A stretch of 64,000 bases of DNA from Candidatus Micrarchaeaceae archaeon (GTDB lineage Bacteria; Chloroflexota; Dormibacteria; Dormibacterales; Dormibacteraceae). The position numbers and the translations under genes are program-made. This document shows positions 38,556 through 48,907 of the stretch, piece by piece. Position 1 is the stretch's first letter; every line of letters starts with the position of its first letter. The DNA is taken from assembly GCA_035534555.1 (NCBI GenBank), contig DATLRQ010000163.1, forward strand, positions 19,446 through 83,445, in the 5' to 3' direction. Under the pieces are notes generated by a model that was given only the letters and a program-made list of their open reading frames with translations, was not told the DNA's origin and did no database searches.

Positions 38556-39772
38556 CGGTCGACGTCTCCCAGCACCGCGTCGGCGGTGCCGATGATCGCG
38601 ATCATGTCGGCGACCATGTGGTTGAGGGCCATGCGCTCGAGGGCTTGCAGGTTGACGAAAGACGCGGAGCGAAACTTCACGCGTCGCGGCTTGTGGGTGC
38701 CGTCGCTGACGATGTAGCACCCGTTCTCGCCGCGCCCCGATTCCACCGCCACGTAAGCGTCGCCCGCCGGCACCGAGTAGCCCTCGGTGAACAGCTTGAA
38801 GTGGTGGATCACCGCCTCCATCGAGGTTTCGAGCTCCTCGCGCGGCGGCGGGAGCATCTTGCGGTCGTCGACGTTCACGGGTCCGTCAGGCAATCGATCC
38901 AGCGCCTGGCGCAGGATCTTCACCGACTCGCGCATCTCCTTCATCCGCACGAGGTAGCGCCCGTAGCAATCGCAATCGTTGGAGGTCGCGACTTCGAACT
39001 CGTAGTTCTCGTAGCCCGAGTAAGGCATCGCCTTGCGCAGGTCCCATGCGATGCCCGAGCCGCGGATCATCGGCCCGCTCGCGCCCAGCACCTTGGCGTC
39101 CTCGGGTGACAGGCGGCCGATCCCGATCGTGCGCGAGCGCCAGATCGGGTTCATCGTCAAAAGGTTCTCGTACTCGTCAACGTGAGCGGGCATGGATCCG
39201 ATGAACTTGTCGAGCAGCTCGAGGAATCGCGGCGTCGCGTCGGCGAACACGCCGCCCGGCCGGATGTAGGAGGTGTGCATCCGGAAGCCGGAGATCTCCT
39301 CGTTCATGTCCAGGATCGTGTCCCGCTCGCGGAAGCAGTACATGAGCATCGACATCGCGCCCAGCTCCAGCCCGCTCGTCCCCATCCACACGAGGTGAGA
39401 GGAGAGCCGGGTCAGCTCGGACATGATCACGCGCAGGACCTGGGCTCGCGGCGGCACTTCGACGCCCATCAGCTTTTCGACCGCCAGCGCGTAGGCGAGG
39501 TTGTTGATAGGAGGGGAGAGATAGTCGTGGCGGTCGGTCACCACCACGCCCTGCTGCCAGCGCAGCGCTTCCATCTGCTTCTCGATACCGGTGTGCAGGT
39601 AGCCGATCACCGGCTTGATCCGGCGGATCTGCTCGCCGTCCAGGTCGACGATGAGCCTCAGCACGCCGTGGGTCGAAGGGTGATGCGGGCCGAAGTTGAC
39701 GGTGAGGATCTCGCCGCCAAACGCGCCCGCCTGCCCCGTCTTGGTGATGGTCACGCCCTGGGCGACGCTCAT
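38552..39772 (-). CDS. nuoD: NADH-quinone oxidoreductase subunit D
   Basis: NFGPHHPSTHGVLRL motif. ATG 39772 overlaps the nuoC stop (ATGA). Confidence 0.92.
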   Translation of the reverse strand: MSVAQGVTITKTGQAGAFGGEILTVNFGPHHPSTHGVLRLIVDLDGEQIRRIKPVIGYLHTGIEKQMEALRWQQGVVVTDRHDYLSPPINNLAYALAVEKLMGVEVPPRAQVLRVIMSELTRLSSHLVWMGTSGLELGAMSMLMYCFRERDTILDMNEEISGFRMHTSYIRPGGVFADATPRFLELLDKFIGSMPAHVDEYENLLTMNPIWRSRTIGIGRLSPEDAKVLGASGPMIRGSGIAWDLRKAMPYSGYENYEFEVATSNDCDCYGRYLVRMKEMRESVKILRQALDRLPDGPVNVDDRKMLPPPREELETSMEAVIHHFKLFTEGYSVPAGDAYVAVESGRGENGCYIVSDGTHKPRRVKFRSASFVNLQALERMALNHMVADMIAIIGTADAVLGDVDR

Positions 39773-40257
39773 CAGGCCTCCTCCGGGGCGGTCTGCCACT
39801 TCTCATGCTCTGGCGAGAACTCGACCGTCTCGCCGCCCACCGGGTAATCGCGCCGAAGCGGGTGGCCGACCCAGTCGTCGGGCATGAGGATCCGGGTGAG
39901 GTCGGGGTGGTTGTTGAAGACGATGCCGAAGAGGTCGAAGGTCTCGCGCTCGTCCCAGTTGGCGGGTGGGAACAAGTCTTGGACCGAGTCGATCTTCGGA
40001 GGCTCGCCGTCGACGAAGGCGCGGACGCGCAGCTGCTCGCGCGAATCCAGGTTGCGCAGCTGGTAGACGATCTCGAACCGCGCCGGCCACTCACGCGAGG
40101 CGTCGGCGAGGTGGTCGACGCAGGTGAGGAACGTGAGCAGCCTGTAGCCCTCGGACCGCAAGCCGGCCAGCGCGTCGTGGACGCTCTCGGACGGCACGGT
40201 TATCCAGGCGTCCCCGGCGCTGACGCCGCGGTCGATGATCAGGGTGTCCGCGATCAC
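39772..40257 (-). CDS. nuoC: NADH-quinone oxidoreductase subunit C
   Basis: 161 aa with [18 protein letters not shown]. Confidence 0.88.
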   Translation of the reverse strand: MIADTLIIDRGVSAGDAWITVPSESVHDALAGLRSEGYRLLTFLTCVDHLADASREWPARFEIVYQLRNLDSREQLRVRAFVDGEPPKIDSVQDLFPPANWDERETFDLFGIVFNNHPDLTRILMPDDWVGHPLRRDYPVGGETVEFSPEHEKWQTAPEEA

Positions 40258-40742
40258 TGGCGCGGCTTGATTCCCTGGGCCTTGATCCGCTCCTGCAGGA
40301 TCATCAGGGCGTTGAGCAGGTCCTCAGGACGTGGAGGGCAGCCGGGAATGTAAACGTCGACGGGCACGATCTTGTCCACGCCCTGGAGCAGCGCGTAGTT
40401 GTTGAACACACCGCCGGTCGACGCGCACGCGCCCATCGAGATGACCCACTTCGGCTCCGGCATCTGGTCGTAGACCGTGCGCAGCACGGGCGCCATCTTC
40501 TGGGAGACGCGGCCGGAGACGATCATCAGGTCTGACTGCCGAGGTGAGGCTCGAAAGGCCTCCGAGCCGAACCGCGCGATGTCGACGCCGGCGGTGGCGG
40601 TGGCGATCATCTCGATGGCGCAGCAGGCCAGGCCGAACTGAGCCGGCCACACCGAGTTGCCGCGTCCCCAACCGACGAGCTTGCCGAGCGTCGTCGTCAA
40701 CACGTTCTGGCCCATCGGGTCGAGCATCTCCTCTAGTCCCAA
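40254..40742 (-). CDS. nuoB: NADH-quinone oxidoreductase subunit B
   Basis: 162 aa with [17 protein letters not shown] and GCPPRPE (N2 cluster ligands). Confidence 0.92.
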   Translation of the reverse strand: MGLEEMLDPMGQNVLTTTLGKLVGWGRGNSVWPAQFGLACCAIEMIATATAGVDIARFGSEAFRASPRQSDLMIVSGRVSQKMAPVLRTVYDQMPEPKWVISMGACASTGGVFNNYALLQGVDKIVPVDVYIPGCPPRPEDLLNALMILQERIKAQGIKPRQ

Positions 40743-41089
40743 TCGAGGCCCCCCTTACGCCAGATGTGAGCGAGCGCCACCAGCAGGATGCTCATGAAGA
40801 CCAGCATCTCGATGAGGCCGAACCATTTGAGCTGCCGCATGATCACCGCCCACGGGTAGAAGAAGACCGCCTCGACGTCGAAGATGATGAAGAGCATCGC
40901 GGTGAGGTAGAAGCGAACCGACAGGCGCTTATGGGCGGGGCTGTCGGTGACGATGCCGGATTCGTACGGAGCGAGCTTCGATTTGTACGGCTTGTTGGGG
41001 CCCAGCACAAAGCTGAGGGTGACCAATGCGCCGATCAAACCGAGAACTATCAGTACGAAGATCAGTAGCGGGACGTAGCTCTCGAGCAA
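40733..41089 (-). CDS. nuoA: NADH-quinone oxidoreductase subunit A
   Basis: 118 aa with 3 TM segments and a TTG start. It is the first gene of the operon. Confidence 0.88.
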   Translation of the reverse strand: MLESYVPLLIFVLIVLGLIGALVTLSFVLGPNKPYKSKLAPYESGIVTDSPAHKRLSVRFYLTAMLFIIFDVEAVFFYPWAVIMRQLKWFGLIEMLVFMSILLVALAHIWRKGGLDWD

Positions 41090-41169
41090 ATTTCCGTAGC
41101 GGCCTCAGTCAAAGGGGGCTTTATGGAACGAGGATTAATTCTATTCGGGTGTTGAGAAACGCCGCTGAC

Positions 41170-42267
41170 TCAGGCGGTGAGGCCGGTGAGGTCCGACCAC
41201 GTGACGCCGTCCCACGCCCACGTGGTGGTCGGATCGGCGCTGCCGACTGGAAAGCCTCCGGCGAGCACGACCAACGAGCGAGCCGCGTCGTACGCCAGTC
41301 CGTATCCGTCCCTCGGTGGAGGCGCAGCCGCGGGAGCGAGGCGCGTCCACGTGGTGCCGTTCCAAGTCCACGTCTCCATCGTGGCGGCGGCTGTTGAGGT
41401 TGAACTGTGGATGGGAGCGACGAAGAGGATCACCTTGCGCGCGCTGTCGTACACCATCCCTTCAGGGAGGGGGGTACTGTCGGCAACGCCCGGCGGACTC
41501 TTCGCCGGATGCCGCTGCGTCCAGTTGCGGCCGTCCCACGTCCAGGTATCGGCCAAGCCACCAAAGCCGCCAAATAGAACTGCGTCGCCCCGCGCCGTGT
41601 CGAAAGCAAGCCTCGAATATTGGCGCGCCGGCGGGGACGTGGCCGGCGACTGCTGGGCCCAATCCGTGCCGTTCCACACCCAGGTGTCGTTCAGCTCGGT
41701 GCCGTCGAAGCCGCCGAACAGCAATATCAAATGACGGACCGGGTCGTAGGTCATCGCCGCGCCGGCACGTGGAGATGGGCTGTGATGAGGGCACACCGCG
41801 TGCCAGGCGCCGTCCCACAACCAGGTGTCGCCGCGATAGTCGCCGGTCTTGTCGCCGCCGAACATGACGACGACGTGATGCTCCGGATCATCCGCCAGTG
41901 CTGCGCCGGCGCGGGTGGTGGGCATCGTGGTCGATTCCGTTCGCGTCCACTGGCTGCCATCCCAGACCCAGGTGTCGTTGCTGATGGTGGCGCCGAGGCC
42001 GCCGAAGAGGAGGACCTGGGAGCGGGTCGAGTCGTACGCGAGGTTCGTCGCGCGCGGCCACAGCGGTGCGCTGATCAGGCTCGACGCGGACGGGCACGGG
42101 GTCGCGGTCGGCGACGGTGCGACGGACGGGGTGGGGGTCGGCGATGGCGAAGGCGTGGCGATGGCCGAGGGCGTCGGCGTCGGAATCGGCGAGGCCGCCG
42201 CGAGCGGTTGGTGGTTGCCGCAAGCGGCGCACAACAGAACCAGGCCGAGCAGCGCGAATCGGTTCAG
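41170..42267 (-). CDS. Kelch-repeat beta-propeller lipoprotein with a Pro/Thr/Ser-rich linker
   Basis: Lipoprotein signal NRFALLGLVLLCAAC|G followed by a PT-rich linker. At least six W-x-W-(D/N)G-x-x-W repeats. The start is problematic; see findings. Confidence 0.7.
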   Translation of the reverse strand: MNRFALLGLVLLCAACGNHQPLAAASPIPTPTPSAIATPSPSPTPTPSVAPSPTATPCPSASSLISAPLWPRATNLAYDSTRSQVLLFGGLGATISNDTWVWDGSQWTRTESTTMPTTRAGAALADDPEHHVVVMFGGDKTGDYRGDTWLWDGAWHAVCPHHSPSPRAGAAMTYDPVRHLILLFGGFDGTELNDTWVWNGTDWAQQSPATSPPARQYSRLAFDTARGDAVLFGGFGGLADTWTWDGRNWTQRHPAKSPPGVADSTPLPEGMVYDSARKVILFVAPIHSSTSTAAATMETWTWNGTTWTRLAPAAAPPPRDGYGLAYDAARSLVVLAGGFPVGSADPTTTWAWDGVTWSDLTGLTA

Positions 42268-42680
42268 CTGTTCTTGCGCTTGTGTTCGATCTGGACCCCG
42301 TGGCTCAAGGTCGCGTGGATGGGGCAGTAGCGATTGCAGGCGAGATCGATCGCTTTGTCCACCAGCTTCTTGTCGAAGTCTGCTGACCAGCCGGTGACGA
42401 AGGTGATGTCGATCTTGGTGAAGCGGCGTGGCCACTCTTGCTCCTGCTCACCCTCGACCTCGACCGCCAAGGATGCGAGCGGCTGCTTGAACTTCTTGAG
42501 GAGGAGCACGAGGTTGAGGCCGGTGCAGCCGCCGAGGGCGCCCAGCAGCATCTCGGTGGGCCGCATCCCGGCGTCGTCGCCAAAGACCGGCGGCTCGTCG
42601 ATGGCGGCGGTGTGGCCCGAGGCGGACTCGATATCGAATTTGACCTTGTGACCGCTCCAACGGGCGACTGCCTTGGCCAT
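42264..42680 (-). CDS. OsmC-family protein
   Basis: 138 aa from an internal ATG (MAKAVARW...). Motifs LLGALGGCTG and NRYCPIHATL carry the two conserved Cys. Confidence 0.8.
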   Translation of the reverse strand: MAKAVARWSGHKVKFDIESASGHTAAIDEPPVFGDDAGMRPTEMLLGALGGCTGLNLVLLLKKFKQPLASLAVEVEGEQEQEWPRRFTKIDITFVTGWSADFDKKLVDKAIDLACNRYCPIHATLSHGVQIEHKRKNS

Positions 42681-42714
42681 CGGTTCGAACGATAGCCGGT
42701 ATGTTGGCCCGCGG

Positions 42715-43473
42715 ATGAGCGAGGCGGCGGAACCCGAGACGGAGTTCGGCCTATCGGCGCGCTGGCGCGTGATCGGTGGGATCGGGGTGCTGATCGCGGT
42801 GATCGTGATCATGTGGCTGCTGGTCGAGCACGACGCATCGGGCGAGCTGCCGTCGGCGGACGGATCGATCGGCGCGGTCCTGAGGGACGACGGCTACCTC
42901 GTCGGGTTCGCGTTGATCTACATCGAGGAGTCCGGACCCCCGCTCTTCATCCCCGGCGACGCCTTCGTTTTATATGTGGGGCACCGGCTGCCGCACAACT
43001 TCCCAGTGCTGTTTGCGGCGTGGCTTGGCTTCACCCTCGCGGTCACGCTCGGCGCGACCAACCTGTACCTGGTGTCTCGCCGCTACGGCCGCCGCCTGCT
43101 CCAGCACCGCATCGCGCGAGTCCTCGAGCTGACACCGAGCCGCCTCGACCGCGCCGAAGCCTGGTTTGCGAGGTTCGGGCCGTGGACACTGGTCTTCGGC
43201 CGCCACATCCCGGGTTTTCGTGTTCCCCTCACCGTCGCCGCGGGCATCCTCAAGCTGCGCTATCGGGTGTTCGCGATCAGCGTCGCGGTCTCCAGCGCGG
43301 CCTGGGCCGCCGTATTTCTGCTGCTCGGCGTGCTGTTCGGGGACCGCCTCGAGCGCTCCATCCGTTCGAGCCCGCTGGTCTATGGCGGTGGTGCGGCGCT
43401 GATCATCGTGGCGATCGTCGGTGTGGGATTCCTGCGCTCGCGGCGAAACAGACCACTCGAAGAGCAGCCCTAA
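42715..43473 (+). CDS. DedA / VTT-domain membrane protein
   Basis: Motifs LFIPGDAFVLYVG, NLYLVSRRYGRRLL and FGRHIPGFRVPLTVAAG. Confidence 0.8.
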   Translation: MSEAAEPETEFGLSARWRVIGGIGVLIAVIVIMWLLVEHDASGELPSADGSIGAVLRDDGYLVGFALIYIEESGPPLFIPGDAFVLYVGHRLPHNFPVLFAAWLGFTLAVTLGATNLYLVSRRYGRRLLQHRIARVLELTPSRLDRAEAWFARFGPWTLVFGRHIPGFRVPLTVAAGILKLRYRVFAISVAVSSAAWAAVFLLLGVLFGDRLERSIRSSPLVYGGGAALIIVAIVGVGFLRSRRNRPLEEQP

Positions 43474-43482
43474 ACTCAGAGC

Positions 43483-44244
43483 GTGCCTGAAGACGTGCGT
43501 GCGCGCTTCGCCCCGGTGGCGGGGAATTATGCGAAGGCGGCGTTTCACACCTCGGTCGAGCGCCTGCGCGAGGTGCTCGAGCTGGCGCAGCCAGAGCCCA
43601 CCGACCTGGCCCTCGACGTCGCCACCGGCACTGGCAACACCGCGCTTGCGCTGGCGCCGTTGGTGCGCCGCGTCGTGGGCCTGGACCTGACGCCGGAGAT
43701 GCTGGCGCACGCTCGCCGGCTCACCGCTGAGCGCAGCATCGCCAACGCGGAGTGGGTGCTGGGCGACGCTTCCCGCTTGCCGTTTGCGGACGAATCCTTC
43801 GACCTGTACACGGTCCGGGCGGCGCCCCATCATTTCATTGACTTCGCCGGCTTTCTGAGCGAGTCGCTGCGTGTGCTCAAGCCGGGCGGTGGGGCAGCCT
43901 TCGTCGATTGCGCCCCGCCGCCGGCCGCGCGCGACGTTTTGCACGAAGTCGAGGTGCGTCGTGATCCTTCCCACGTTCGCTCCCTGACCGTGGCCGAGTG
44001 GACCGAGCGCCTGGAGCGGGCTGGCTTCGCGGTCGAGGTTGCCACCAGCCACGAGCTGGATTGGGACTTCGAGGACTGGATGGGCAACATGGCGGTTGCG
44101 CCGGCGCTGTCAGCGGACCTGGCAGGCGTGATCGAGTCGGCGCAAGGCGAGGCGCGCGGCGAGCTGCACCCGGAGCGCCGCGACGGCAAGCTGTGGCATG
44201 CGTACTGGCACTGCCTGATCCGCGTTCGAAAACCGCTGAGATGA
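43483..44244 (+). CDS. class I SAM-dependent methyltransferase
   Basis: Motif I LDVATGTGNTALALA and post-I/II motifs VVGLDLTPEML and LKPGG. Confidence 0.8.
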   Translation: MPEDVRARFAPVAGNYAKAAFHTSVERLREVLELAQPEPTDLALDVATGTGNTALALAPLVRRVVGLDLTPEMLAHARRLTAERSIANAEWVLGDASRLPFADESFDLYTVRAAPHHFIDFAGFLSESLRVLKPGGGAAFVDCAPPPAARDVLHEVEVRRDPSHVRSLTVAEWTERLERAGFAVEVATSHELDWDFEDWMGNMAVAPALSADLAGVIESAQGEARGELHPERRDGKLWHAYWHCLIRVRKPLR

Positions 44245-45059
44245 GCGGCGAGTTCGCCGATGGCGAGCTGGTCCTGCTCGTCGACAAGGTCGGTCGGAAG
44301 CACCGCGTGCGGCTCAAGGCCGGGGCGCGCCACTCGCTCCATTCGGGCGCCATCGAGCACGACGCGGTGATCGGGCGCCCCGAGGGCGTGGTCGTTACCA
44401 CCCAGCTGGGTGCGCGACTGCTGGCGGTGCGGCCGACCTTCGCCGAGCAGGTGACCGGGCGGGTGCGGCAGGCGCAGCCGATCTATCCGAAAGACCTCGG
44501 GGCGATCTTGATCAGCGCCGACCTGCACCCGGGGGCGAGGGTCCTGGAGGCGGGGACGGGGACCGGGGCGCTGACCCTGGCGGCGTGGCGGGCGGTGGGC
44601 CCGAGCGGGCTGGTCGTGACCTACGAGCAGCGGGAGGAGTTCCTCGAGGCGGCGACGCAGGCGATCACGGACACCTTGGGTGAGGTGCCGCCGAACTTGC
44701 TGCTCAAGCTGGGCGACATCTACCTGGGGGTGCCCGAGCGCGACATGGACCGCGTCCTGCTCGACCTGCCCGAGCCCTGGCAGGCGATCCCCGCGGTGTG
44801 CAGCGCGCTGCGCCCGGGCGGGATCGTGTTCGCCCACTGCCCGAACGTCAGCCAGGTGCAGCGCTTCTTCGAGGGCCTGCGCGAGGCGCGGGGCTTCGGG
44901 ATGCTGGAGGTGTACGAGCTGTTGCAGAGGGGTTGGACGGTGCGGGGGAGGAGCCTGCGGCCGTCCCACCGGATGGTCGCCCACAGCGGCTTTTTGTGCT
45001 TCGCCCGCCGCATCGCCGAAGGAGAGCTGTTCGAACCGGAGGGCGAGGGCTTCCGCTAG
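44241..45059 (+). CDS. trmI: tRNA (adenine-N1)-methyltransferase, TrmI/GCD14 family
   Basis: The ATG overlaps the upstream stop (ATGA). Motifs IYPKDLGAIL, VLEAGTGTGALT and DLPEPW. Confidence 0.8.
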   Translation: MSGEFADGELVLLVDKVGRKHRVRLKAGARHSLHSGAIEHDAVIGRPEGVVVTTQLGARLLAVRPTFAEQVTGRVRQAQPIYPKDLGAILISADLHPGARVLEAGTGTGALTLAAWRAVGPSGLVVTYEQREEFLEAATQAITDTLGEVPPNLLLKLGDIYLGVPERDMDRVLLDLPEPWQAIPAVCSALRPGGIVFAHCPNVSQVQRFFEGLREARGFGMLEVYELLQRGWTVRGRSLRPSHRMVAHSGFLCFARRIAEGELFEPEGEGFR

Positions 45060-45421
45060 CCAAACCTACTTCCGCCGGGAGTACTTCAGATGGCAGGCTG
45101 CCCCCGCGCAACCTTTGGGATCCCGCGCCTTCGGCGCGTGGAGGGCCGGGTGGTCCTGCTTGCCGTTGCCGCTGCGATCGTCCGGGCCGCAATCATGTTT
45201 GTACTTCCTGGCCCGGCCGAACTGCCCCCTCACGATCCCAGCAGCTGCGGCGGCGGCTCGCAAGATCGGAACTTTCGGCCGGGAGACGGCGTTCTAACTT
45301 AACTAGCACGAGGCGCCGCGTTTCACGACAGGTCATGACCACGCCCGCGCAATAGACGGACTCGCGATCGTCGCCGGCGCCTCACCAAGTGCGCCTCCGT
45401 ATACAGCTAGCATTGGCCGGT

Positions 45422-46429
45422 ATGGCAAATAAACCCGACGGATCGCGCGCGCCAGTCCATGTCACGGTCACCGGCGCTGCCGGCCAGATCGGCTACTCCC
45501 TCGTCTTCAGGATCGCCTCCGGTCAGCTCCTCGGCCCTGACCAGCCCATCGTCCTGCGCCTGCTCGAGATCGAGCCGGCGATGAAGGGACTCCACGGCGT
45601 CGCCATGGAGCTCGACGATTGCGCCTTCCCCCTGCTCACCGACATGGTCCTGACCAGCAACACCGAAGAGGCCTTCGACGGCGCTTCGTGGGCCCTGCTC
45701 GTCGGGTCGGTCCCGCGCAAGGCGGGGATGGAGCGGGGCGACCTCCTGTCCATCAACGGCGGCATCTTCGCGCCGCAGGGCAAGGCGATCCAGGCGAGGG
45801 CGGCTCGCGATGTTCGGATCCTGGTCGTCGGCAACCCGTGCAACACGAACTGCCTGATCGCGCGCTCCAACGCGCCTGACGTGCCGTCCGAGCGGTGGTT
45901 CGCGATGACCCGCCTGGACGAGAACCGGGCCAAAATGCAGCTGGCGAAGAAGGCCGGGGTCGCCGTCGCCACCGTCACCAACCTGGCGATCTGGGGCAAC
46001 CACTCGGCGACGCAGTACCCCGACGCCCGCAACTCGCGCATTGGTGGGCGTCATACCCTCGATGTGATCAAGGACCACGCCTGGCTCAAGGGCGATTTCA
46101 TCAGCACGGTTCAAAAGCGAGGCGCTGCGGTGATCGAGGCGCGGGGGCTGTCGTCGGCGGCGTCGGCGGCCAACGCGGTGATCGACTCCGTGAACAGCAT
46201 CCGAACCGCCACGCCTCATGGCGACTGGACGTCGCTGGCGGTGTGCAGCAAAGGGGAGTACGGGACGCCCGAGGGGCTGCAGTTCGGGTTCCCGATCGCC
46301 ACCGATGGCACGACGTGGAAGGTGGTCGACGGCCTCGAGCACGACGCGGACGCCAAGGAACGCATCCGGGTGACCACCGAAGAGCTGGTGCAAGAAAGGG
46401 ACCTGGTCAAGCAGCTAGTACCTAGCTGA
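45422..46429 (+). CDS. mdh: malate dehydrogenase (LDH/MDH superfamily, type-2 MDH)
   Basis: Motifs [21 protein letters not shown] and [12 protein letters not shown]. Confidence 0.9.
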   Translation: MANKPDGSRAPVHVTVTGAAGQIGYSLVFRIASGQLLGPDQPIVLRLLEIEPAMKGLHGVAMELDDCAFPLLTDMVLTSNTEEAFDGASWALLVGSVPRKAGMERGDLLSINGGIFAPQGKAIQARAARDVRILVVGNPCNTNCLIARSNAPDVPSERWFAMTRLDENRAKMQLAKKAGVAVATVTNLAIWGNHSATQYPDARNSRIGGRHTLDVIKDHAWLKGDFISTVQKRGAAVIEARGLSSAASAANAVIDSVNSIRTATPHGDWTSLAVCSKGEYGTPEGLQFGFPIATDGTTWKVVDGLEHDADAKERIRVTTEELVQERDLVKQLVPS

Positions 46430-46539
46430 GCACCGCTCCGGGGGTCCGGCTTAAAGGGCACCAACGCGCTATCGACGCGCCGCGCGTCGGCCAAAAGAGC
46501 GCGAACGGCGCGATCCGGCACCCCAACTATCCTGAGTAA

Positions 46540-48636
46540 GTGAGCGTCACGCTCGATCGCCACGTCTTTCCCTTCACTGCCATCGTCGGGCAGGAGTCGA
46601 TGAAGCTTGCCCTCATCCTCAACGCCATAGTGCCGACGATCGGCGGGGTGCTGATCCGCGGCGAGAAGGGCACCGGCAAATCGACCGCCGTCCGCGCCCT
46701 GGCCCGCCTCCTGCCCGAGCACCTGGTGGTCGAAGGCTGCCATTTCGGCTGCGACCCCGACGACACCGAGGCGCTCTGCGCCGAGTGCCGCCGTCGCCTC
46801 GCCGATGCCGGCGTCCTGCCCTCATACAAGCGCCGCATGCGGGTGGTCGAGCTGCCGATCAATTCCTCCGAGGACCGCGTCGTCGGCACCATCGACATCG
46901 AGGCGGCGCTGCGCGCGGGCGCCAAGCGCTTCGAGCCGGGCGTGCTGGCCGAGGCGAACCGCAACATCCTCTACGTCGACGAGGTCAACTTGCTGGACGA
47001 CCACCTGGTCGACGTGCTGCTTGACGCTGCGGCGTCGGGGATCAACGTGGTGGAGCGAGAGGGCGTCTCGTTCGCGCACCCGTCGCGCTTCATCCTGGTC
47101 GGCACGATGAACCCCGAGGAGGGCGAGCTGCGGCCACAGCTCCTCGACCGCTTCGGCCTGTGCGTCGACATCGAAGGCATCCGCGATCCGGACCAGCGCG
47201 TGCTCATCTCGGAACGCGACGCCGCGTTCAAGAAGGGCGAGCACGAGTTCGCCACCGAGTTCGCGGCCGCCGACCACAACCTGTCGAGAGCCCTCGCCGA
47301 AGCCATTGTCGCGGTCAAGAAGGTGCGCACCACGTCGGCCCAGGCGCGGCTCATCTCCTCGATCTGCGTCGAGGCCGAGGTGCTCGGCCACCGCGCCGAT
47401 GTCGTCATCGACCATGCCGCGCGAGCGCTCGGCGCCTACCGGCGTCACGCGACGCCGAATCGCGACGACATCTACGACGCCGCGGCGCTGGCGCTCGCCC
47501 ACCGCGCGCGCCAACCGGTTCGCCGCGACCAGGAGGAGACCACGTCGTCCGAGCAGGGCGACGAGCAGGAAGGCTCGAAGGAGCCGGAGTCGGAATCGGG
47601 CGAGCCGCAGTCCTCAGAAAGCGATGCCTCCTCAGAGTCGACCGCCGAGCAGACCTCCAGCGCGGCCGACTCGGGCCAGCAGGCCGCCGGCAGCGACCAG
47701 GGGATGACCACCGGTGGCGCGAGCGGCAGCGAGTCGGCGCCCGACGCGACCGAGCTGTTCAACCTGAAGCGCATCGATCTGCCACGGCAGCGACGGATCA
47801 GGAAGCAGGGCGGCAAGCGCTCCGCCAGCCAGACCGCCGACCGCCGCGGCCGCTACGTGCGCGCGCAGCCCAGGGCCAAGGTCAACGACCTCGCGATCGA
47901 TGCCACGGTGCGCGCCGCGGCGCCGATGCAGGTCGATCGAGGTCGCCTGCCCGGTGAGCGCTTGAAGATCGAGCGGGACGACCTGCGGCAGAAGGTTCGC
48001 GAGAGAAAGATCGGCAACCTGATCGTGTTCGTCGTCGACGCCTCGGCCTCGATGGACGCCGAGCAGCGGATGGCAGCGACCAAGGGCGCCATCCTATCGC
48101 TGCTCCAGGACGCTTACGTCCGCCGCGACCGTGTCGCCGTCGTGATCTTCAAGAACCGCACCGCCGAGGTGGTTTTGCGACCAACTTCCAGTGTCTCGCT
48201 GGCAAGGCGCCGCCTGGAGAAGCTGTCGGTCGGCGGCACCACGCCGCTGACGCATGGGCTGATGGCCGGGTACAAGGTGGTCAAGACCGAGCTGCTGCGA
48301 GATCCGACGATCAGGCCGCTCCTGGTGCTCATCAGTGACGGGCGCGGCAACATCTCGATGTTCAAGGAAGAGCCGCTGGTCGAGGCGCAGAAGATCGCGG
48401 CGATGATCGATGCGGAACACATCGACGCGCTGGTCATCGACTCAGCGCGCGACTACAGCCACCTGCCGTCTGTGCAGCACCTGGCGCGCGTCGCGCCGAT
48501 GTACCAGACCTATGCGATCAACGCGTGCGCCGACCTGGCGGAGCGGATGGGCGCTCGCTACTACGGCCTGTACGACCTGTCGCGCGACGAGATCGCATCG
48601 GCGGTGGAGCAGGAGCTGGGCCGGGGCGGGCGCTGA
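46540..48636 (+). CDS. ChlD/BchD-like chelatase subunit (AAA+ N-domain, acidic/Ser-rich linker, C-terminal vWA domain)
   Basis: 698 aa. Walker [10 protein letters not shown] and Walker [10 protein letters not shown]. Linker [31 protein letters not shown]. vWA/MIDAS motif [10 protein letters not shown]. Confidence 0.8.
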   Translation: MSVTLDRHVFPFTAIVGQESMKLALILNAIVPTIGGVLIRGEKGTGKSTAVRALARLLPEHLVVEGCHFGCDPDDTEALCAECRRRLADAGVLPSYKRRMRVVELPINSSEDRVVGTIDIEAALRAGAKRFEPGVLAEANRNILYVDEVNLLDDHLVDVLLDAAASGINVVEREGVSFAHPSRFILVGTMNPEEGELRPQLLDRFGLCVDIEGIRDPDQRVLISERDAAFKKGEHEFATEFAAADHNLSRALAEAIVAVKKVRTTSAQARLISSICVEAEVLGHRADVVIDHAARALGAYRRHATPNRDDIYDAAALALAHRARQPVRRDQEETTSSEQGDEQEGSKEPESESGEPQSSESDASSESTAEQTSSAADSGQQAAGSDQGMTTGGASGSESAPDATELFNLKRIDLPRQRRIRKQGGKRSASQTADRRGRYVRAQPRAKVNDLAIDATVRAAAPMQVDRGRLPGERLKIERDDLRQKVRERKIGNLIVFVVDASASMDAEQRMAATKGAILSLLQDAYVRRDRVAVVIFKNRTAEVVLRPTSSVSLARRRLEKLSVGGTTPLTHGLMAGYKVVKTELLRDPTIRPLLVLISDGRGNISMFKEEPLVEAQKIAAMIDAEHIDALVIDSARDYSHLPSVQHLARVAPMYQTYAINACADLAERMGARYYGLYDLSRDEIASAVEQELGRGGR

Positions 48637-48907
48637 GGGCTCGTGACCGAATCGCACGTCGGTACGTTGAACCGGCAATGAGATGGGCGGTCGCAGCCGG
48701 GGCGGCGGTCGTGCTGATGAGCTGCACGAGCATCCCCGGTCGCCGGCTCGCCGCCTAGCGCATCTGCCCAGCCGGCCGCCACCAGCCCCAGCACTCGTCC
48801 GGTTACCGCACCCCTCATCCTCCCAAGCCCGCCGCTTGTATGGACCGCACGATCCGAACCATCCCCTTTGCTGATGGCGCGGCTCACCCCCCGGTAACAT
48901 CAGGCCG

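Noticed and set aside
41090-41169. Defined promoter for the nuo operon in the AT-rich nuoA upstream spacer
   Set aside because: A TAGAAT -10-like hexamer exists on the minus strand, but no acceptable -35 lies at 16-18 nt spacing, so it is not reported as a feature.
45060-45421. ncRNA or small protein in the 360-nt trmI-mdh intergenic region
   Set aside because: It contains a short hairpin (CGCGCC-ttc-GGCGCG) and two small ORFs (45066..45263 on the minus strand, 45090..45302 on the plus strand). I recognise no RNA family signature or protein motif, so support is insufficient.
46430-46539. Cobalamin riboswitch upstream of the chelatase genes (also considered for 48637-48907 and the nrdJ leader)
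   Set aside because: I could find no B12-box-like GCCACTG or AGGGAA core elements, and the 110-nt spacer is too short for the usual aptamer plus expression platform.
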